A stretch of DNA of 63,060 bases, taken from Planctomycetota bacterium. Lineage in GTDB: Bacteria; Planctomycetota; UBA1135; UBA2386. The notes beneath the pieces were generated by a model. It did not search any database, was not told where the DNA came from, and worked only from the letters and a program-made list of their open reading frames with translations. Below, one piece after another: positions 59,324-63,060 of this stretch (positions are counted from its first letter, which is position 1; each line of letters starts with the position of its first letter). The stretch spans positions 1 to 63,060 of the forward strand of contig CANMWZ010000024.1 of the NCBI GenBank assembly GCA_947501605.1, in the 5' to 3' direction. A program made the translations under genes and the position numbers.

Positions 59324-59394
59324 GAGGCTGGCAGGTCGTAGCGACCGCCTAGCAGCACCGTTCGGCACTTTGTGCAGCGCAGCCCTCAGTCAGT

Positions 59395-59442
59395 CCACTC
59401 GCAGGGTTGGCCATCCGCAGGGTTGACCATTCGTAGGGTTGG
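59395..59442. repeat. 3 x 16-bp direct repeat CCAYYCGYAGGGTTGR upstream of dnaB
   Basis: CCACTCGCAGGGTTGG / CCATCCGCAGGGTTGA / CCATTCGTAGGGTTGG, contiguous. Confidence 0.85.
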
Positions 59443-59544
59443 ATCTTGCGTCGGGGTCGGCCGGCGGTAGATCGGACCGGCTCGATTTCTCGAACGCGCA
59501 GATTCCAAGGCGCAGCATCTTGATCGCACGGAGGCGGTAGACAC

Positions 59545-60894
59545 ATGGTCGATTTCGGGTCCTCTCTGGACGGGCGCGGCGTGCCGCAGAATCTTGAAGC
59601 CGAGCGCTCGGTCCTCGGTGCGCTGCTGCTCCACGCCGATGCGGTCTGCGACGTCGGATTCCTCAAGGCGGAGGACTTCTATCTCCCCAAGCACCAGCAC
59701 ATCTACACGTCCATCCTATCGACCTTCAATTCGCGCAACGCGACCGACCCGATCGTGGTCGAAGAAGAGCTCGATCGTCAAGGCGTGCTGCAGGAAGTCG
59801 GAGGGCGCGGGCAGCTACTGGACCTCCTCGAGAGTGTCGTTTCGGCTGCCGGCATCGTCTACCACGCCGAGATCGTCCGCGAGAAGTCGATCCAGCGAAG
59901 GCTGCTCGAGACGTGCCTCGATGTTGCGCGCCGTTGTTACGAGAACCAGGCGGCGGCCAAGGACCTGCTCGACGAAGCCGAGCGCCAGATCTTCGAGATT
60001 GCTCGGATGGACAAGTCGAGCGAGGCATCGAGCATCACCGACATCTTGCAGCAGACCTTCGAACGCATCGACAACCTGCGCGCCCGCAGTTCGCGCGTGA
60101 CCGGACTGCCGACCGACTACCTCGATCTCGACGACATTATGGGCGGCCTGCAGCCTGGGGAACTGATCATCGTCGCGGCGCGCCCGTCGATGGGTAAGAC
60201 CTCGTTCGCCCTGAACCTGACCGAGCGCGTCGCGAGCAACAAGCACTCGGTTGCGTTCTTTTCGCTCGAAATGTCGAGCCAGCAGGTTATCCAAAACATG
60301 CTCTGCTGCCGGGCGCAGATCGACGGCCAGGCGATGCGCAAAGGTCGCATCACCGACCAGCAGTACCGTCGCCTGCAGGAAGAAGCGGCGACGCTCTACG
60401 AGGTGCCGATCTTCGTCGATGATTCGCCGGGCCTGACAATCACGCAACTGCGTGCCAAGTGCCGCCGCCTGAAGCAGAAGCACAGCATCGAGATGGTCGT
60501 CGTTGACTACCTCCAACTGATGGCCGCCGGTGGCCGCGTGGAGAGTCGCCAGCAAGAGATCTCGACGATCTCGCGCGGTCTGAAGGGCCTCGCCCGAGAA
60601 TTGTCGGTGCCGGTGATCGCGCTGTCGCAGTTGAATCGCGACGTAGAGAACCGCGATGATCACCGTCCGCGCATGAGCGATCTGCGCGAATCAGGCGCGA
60701 TCGAGCAAGACGCGGACGTCATCGTTTTGCTGCACCGAGACGAGTACTACAAACCCACCGAGCAGAACGCTGGTCTTGCCCAGATCATCATCGCCAAGCA
60801 ACGCAATGGGCCGACCGGTGACGTCACGCTACGGTTCTTCCGTGAATTCATGCGGTTCGAGAACTTCACGCGGCGTGCCGAGCCCATGCAGTAA
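59545..60894 (+). CDS. dnaB: replicative DNA helicase
   Basis: PQNLEAERSVLG, AARPSMGKT, FSLEMS, VDYLQL, LSQLNR, DLRESGAIEQDAD, AKQRNGPTG. Confidence 0.98.
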   Translation: MVDFGSSLDGRGVPQNLEAERSVLGALLLHADAVCDVGFLKAEDFYLPKHQHIYTSILSTFNSRNATDPIVVEEELDRQGVLQEVGGRGQLLDLLESVVSAAGIVYHAEIVREKSIQRRLLETCLDVARRCYENQAAAKDLLDEAERQIFEIARMDKSSEASSITDILQQTFERIDNLRARSSRVTGLPTDYLDLDDIMGGLQPGELIIVAARPSMGKTSFALNLTERVASNKHSVAFFSLEMSSQQVIQNMLCCRAQIDGQAMRKGRITDQQYRRLQEEAATLYEVPIFVDDSPGLTITQLRAKCRRLKQKHSIEMVVVDYLQLMAAGGRVESRQQEISTISRGLKGLARELSVPVIALSQLNRDVENRDDHRPRMSDLRESGAIEQDADVIVLLHRDEYYKPTEQNAGLAQIIIAKQRNGPTGDVTLRFFREFMRFENFTRRAEPMQ

Positions 60895-60898
60895 CCGA

Positions 60899-63060
60899 GT
60901 GGCGGTTGCGCGAGCATTGGAGTGGACCGGGCGTGCGACCGCCGCGTCGTGGTTGCTTGGCCTTTTGGTCGCCACGCTGCCGGCCCACGCTGCGCCGTCC
61001 CTGGTGACTCCGGCACCGATTGCTCCAGCCTCGGCGGACTCTCTGCCATCCGACTCTCTGCCATCCACTGGTGAGCAAGATCCTGAGCAGGGACCGCCGC
61101 CGGTCGTGCAGGAACCACTCGGTCCACCGCCGCCGCCCAGGGACAAAGGTGTCCAGGGTCCAGGGAGCCAGGAGCCGGGCACGCAAGACCTTGGCGCCGA
61201 AGTGCTGGTCGACGAACGGGCACGCACGCTGCTTGGCCGCATCGTGCATGCCATTCGCGTGCTTCAGGTCTCGCGCGAGGCGATTCGGCCCGCGCCCGAA
61301 CAGGTGGCCGAGGAGATCTCGCGCGGTCTGCGCTCGCATCAGGGCCAGAAGCTCGAGTTGCGCAACGTCACGGCCGACATCGGCAGCTTGTGGTACGAGC
61401 GCCGCATTGCCGTGCGTGCATTCGTGCAACCAGTGGGCGAAGAGGTCGATCTCGTTCTCGTCGTCGAGCTGGAAGTGCAGGTCTACGAGCGGGTCGAGTT
61501 TCTCGGCCTGCAGAAGTTCCCGCGCAGCGAGGTCGATGCCTTGCTCGGCCTCTACCCGGATCGACAGGTGACCAGCACCGAGTCACAGGCGATGCGCAAC
61601 ATCTTGCTCGCCAAGTACCGCCGTGCGGGCCTCGCGTTCTGCAGCATCGATCTGGTCGAGCGCGAACCAGCAGAAGGCGAGAGCAGTGGCGAGCGGCCAC
61701 GCAAGATCGTGACCTTTCGCATCGATGAAGGTCCCGCTGTCACGGTGGGGACGGTGGAGTTTCGCGGCAACCTGTCGTTCCCAGGCGTGCACTCGACGTT
61801 CTTCAGTACGGGCGACTACCTCGTGCGCGAGTCGCGGATGCAGTGCGCACCAGCGGGCATGATCGGCGGCGGCGGACCGTTCTCGCGCGAGATCCTCGAG
61901 GAAGACGTCGATCGCTTGCAGCTCTTCTACCGCAGCCGTGGATTTCTCGACGCCGTGGTCACGGTCGCCGACGTGCGCTTCCGCGAAGGCCGGAGTGTCG
62001 TCGACCTCGACTTCGTCGTCGTCGAGGGGCCGCGCTATCGAATCCGATCGATCCAGCTGTCCCATGTCTCGCGCACGGGGCCTGTGGCGCCTGAGCACGT
62101 GCAGTACTCACCGGACCTGATCCTGCCGTTGCTGATCAGCAGCGTCGGCGACTTCTACGACCACACGAGCATCCGTCGGGACCAGCAGGCGATCGAGGAC
62201 TTCTACGGCGACCGCGGCCACCCGAAGGCGTCCTTCCCTGGCATGGACCGGGTTCCTGGTGCCTTCAAGGTGAGTTGGCCAAAGGAGCATTACGACCATC
62301 AGGCCGGCGTGGCGTTGGTGTTCGAGATCGACGAGGGCAGCGAGAAGACGCTGCGCGACGTGCTGGTGCGGGGCAACTCGAACTCACGTGACCACGTGAT
62401 CCGCCGCAAGGTCCGCGCGCTGCCTGGCGAGCGTGTCGACATGACCCAGGTGAACCGTTCGATCCAGTACCTGAATCGCACGCGCTTCTTCCAGGACCAG
62501 TTCACTTTGGCGGGACCGCGTTTTGAGTTCATGCCGGTGCCAGGTCGCGAGGATCTGCTGGACCTCGCAATCGATGTGACCGAGGCCGAGACGGGCGAGG
62601 TGCGGTGGGGCGTTGGCGTGAGTTCGGGGGCGGGCGCGCAGGCGACTCTTCAGTTCACGAAGCGCAACTTCGATCTGTGGAGTCCACCGTCATCCTGGAA
62701 CCCGATCACCGTGTTCGAGGAGATTCTCGATAACCGCGCGTTCCATGGCGGCGGTCAGAACCTCGACCTGCTGCTCGCACCTGGCACGCAGATCAGTCAG
62801 TTCCAACTCGGGTTCACCGAGCCTGACCTGTTCCGCGAGTACTTCGAGACCACGGAGCTGCGCATCAACGGGCGCCGCACGCTGCGTTTCCGCGATGGTT
62901 ATCGCGCCGACACGCTGGGCATCGACGTGGGGCTGTCGCGCTACCTGACCGACGAGTTCAGCCTTGGCGTCTCGGCGCGGCAGGAGACGACCAATGTGCG
63001 CGACATCGCGCCCAACGCCACGAGCCTGGTCTACGACGCCGAGGGCAGCACCGAGATGCG
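60899..63060 (+). CDS. bamA: outer membrane protein assembly factor BamA (truncated by the window end)
   Basis: Frame is open from GTG 60899 (start approximate) and absent from the ORF track because it has no stop in the window. Signal peptide, POTRA repeats (FRIDEGP..TVGTVEFRGN, FYRSRGFLDA, VRGNS..RDHVIRR) and barrel start (TGEVRWGVG...KRNFDL). Confidence 0.9.
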   Translation, partial: MAVARALEWTGRATAASWLLGLLVATLPAHAAPSLVTPAPIAPASADSLPSDSLPSTGEQDPEQGPPPVVQEPLGPPPPPRDKGVQGPGSQEPGTQDLGAEVLVDERARTLLGRIVHAIRVLQVSREAIRPAPEQVAEEISRGLRSHQGQKLELRNVTADIGSLWYERRIAVRAFVQPVGEEVDLVLVVELEVQVYERVEFLGLQKFPRSEVDALLGLYPDRQVTSTESQAMRNILLAKYRRAGLAFCSIDLVEREPAEGESSGERPRKIVTFRIDEGPAVTVGTVEFRGNLSFPGVHSTFFSTGDYLVRESRMQCAPAGMIGGGGPFSREILEEDVDRLQLFYRSRGFLDAVVTVADVRFREGRSVVDLDFVVVEGPRYRIRSIQLSHVSRTGPVAPEHVQYSPDLILPLLISSVGDFYDHTSIRRDQQAIEDFYGDRGHPKASFPGMDRVPGAFKVSWPKEHYDHQAGVALVFEIDEGSEKTLRDVLVRGNSNSRDHVIRRKVRALPGERVDMTQVNRSIQYLNRTRFFQDQFTLAGPRFEFMPVPGREDLLDLAIDVTEAETGEVRWGVGVSSGAGAQATLQFTKRNFDLWSPPSSWNPITVFEEILDNRAFHGGGQNLDLLLAPGTQISQFQLGFTEPDLFREYFETTELRINGRRTLRFRDGYRADTLGIDVGLSRYLTDEFSLGVSARQETTNVRDIAPNATSLVYDAEGSTEM

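Noticed and set aside
61037..61066. 15-bp duplication GACTCTCTGCCATCC
   Set aside because: An in-frame DSLPS repeat in the disordered BamA N-terminal linker. Unremarkable.

Overview
GC-rich (about 67% by eye) bacterial chromosomal segment, densely coding and mostly core genome. The gene content suggests a Planctomycetota-type diderm (inference): lpxH, bamA, split coaB, BNR/sortilin-repeat hydrolases, a DUF2961 protein, a GldAFG-like ABC operon with DUF4340, a cytochrome c554-like fusion and several sigma54 activators. About 46 CDS are supported, including cmk-plsC-rpsA, tyrS, dnaK, clpS, a TolC-adaptor-MacB-type exporter, coaB-ftsK, dnaB and a truncated bamA. I found no rRNA, tRNA, CRISPR array, integrase or transposase. 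Most notable observations: (1) a motor-less FtsK paralogue (membrane domain, acidic linker, gamma domain, no ATPase) directly after ftsK with its own sigma54-type promoter; (2) a multi-hairpin candidate ncRNA of about 290 nt with promoter and terminator ahead of a degenerate GGDEF / sigma54-activator operon; (3) an 808-aa protein made of about 8 tandem STAS-like repeats; (4) a GT2 resembling the eukaryotic queuosine-tRNA galactosyltransferase; (5) a two-component system with a sigma54 promoter, a possible sRNA and a tetraheme cytochrome operon; (6) several short intergenic tandem repeats, including 3x16 bp before dnaB. All family calls come from motif recognition by eye. No database search was run.
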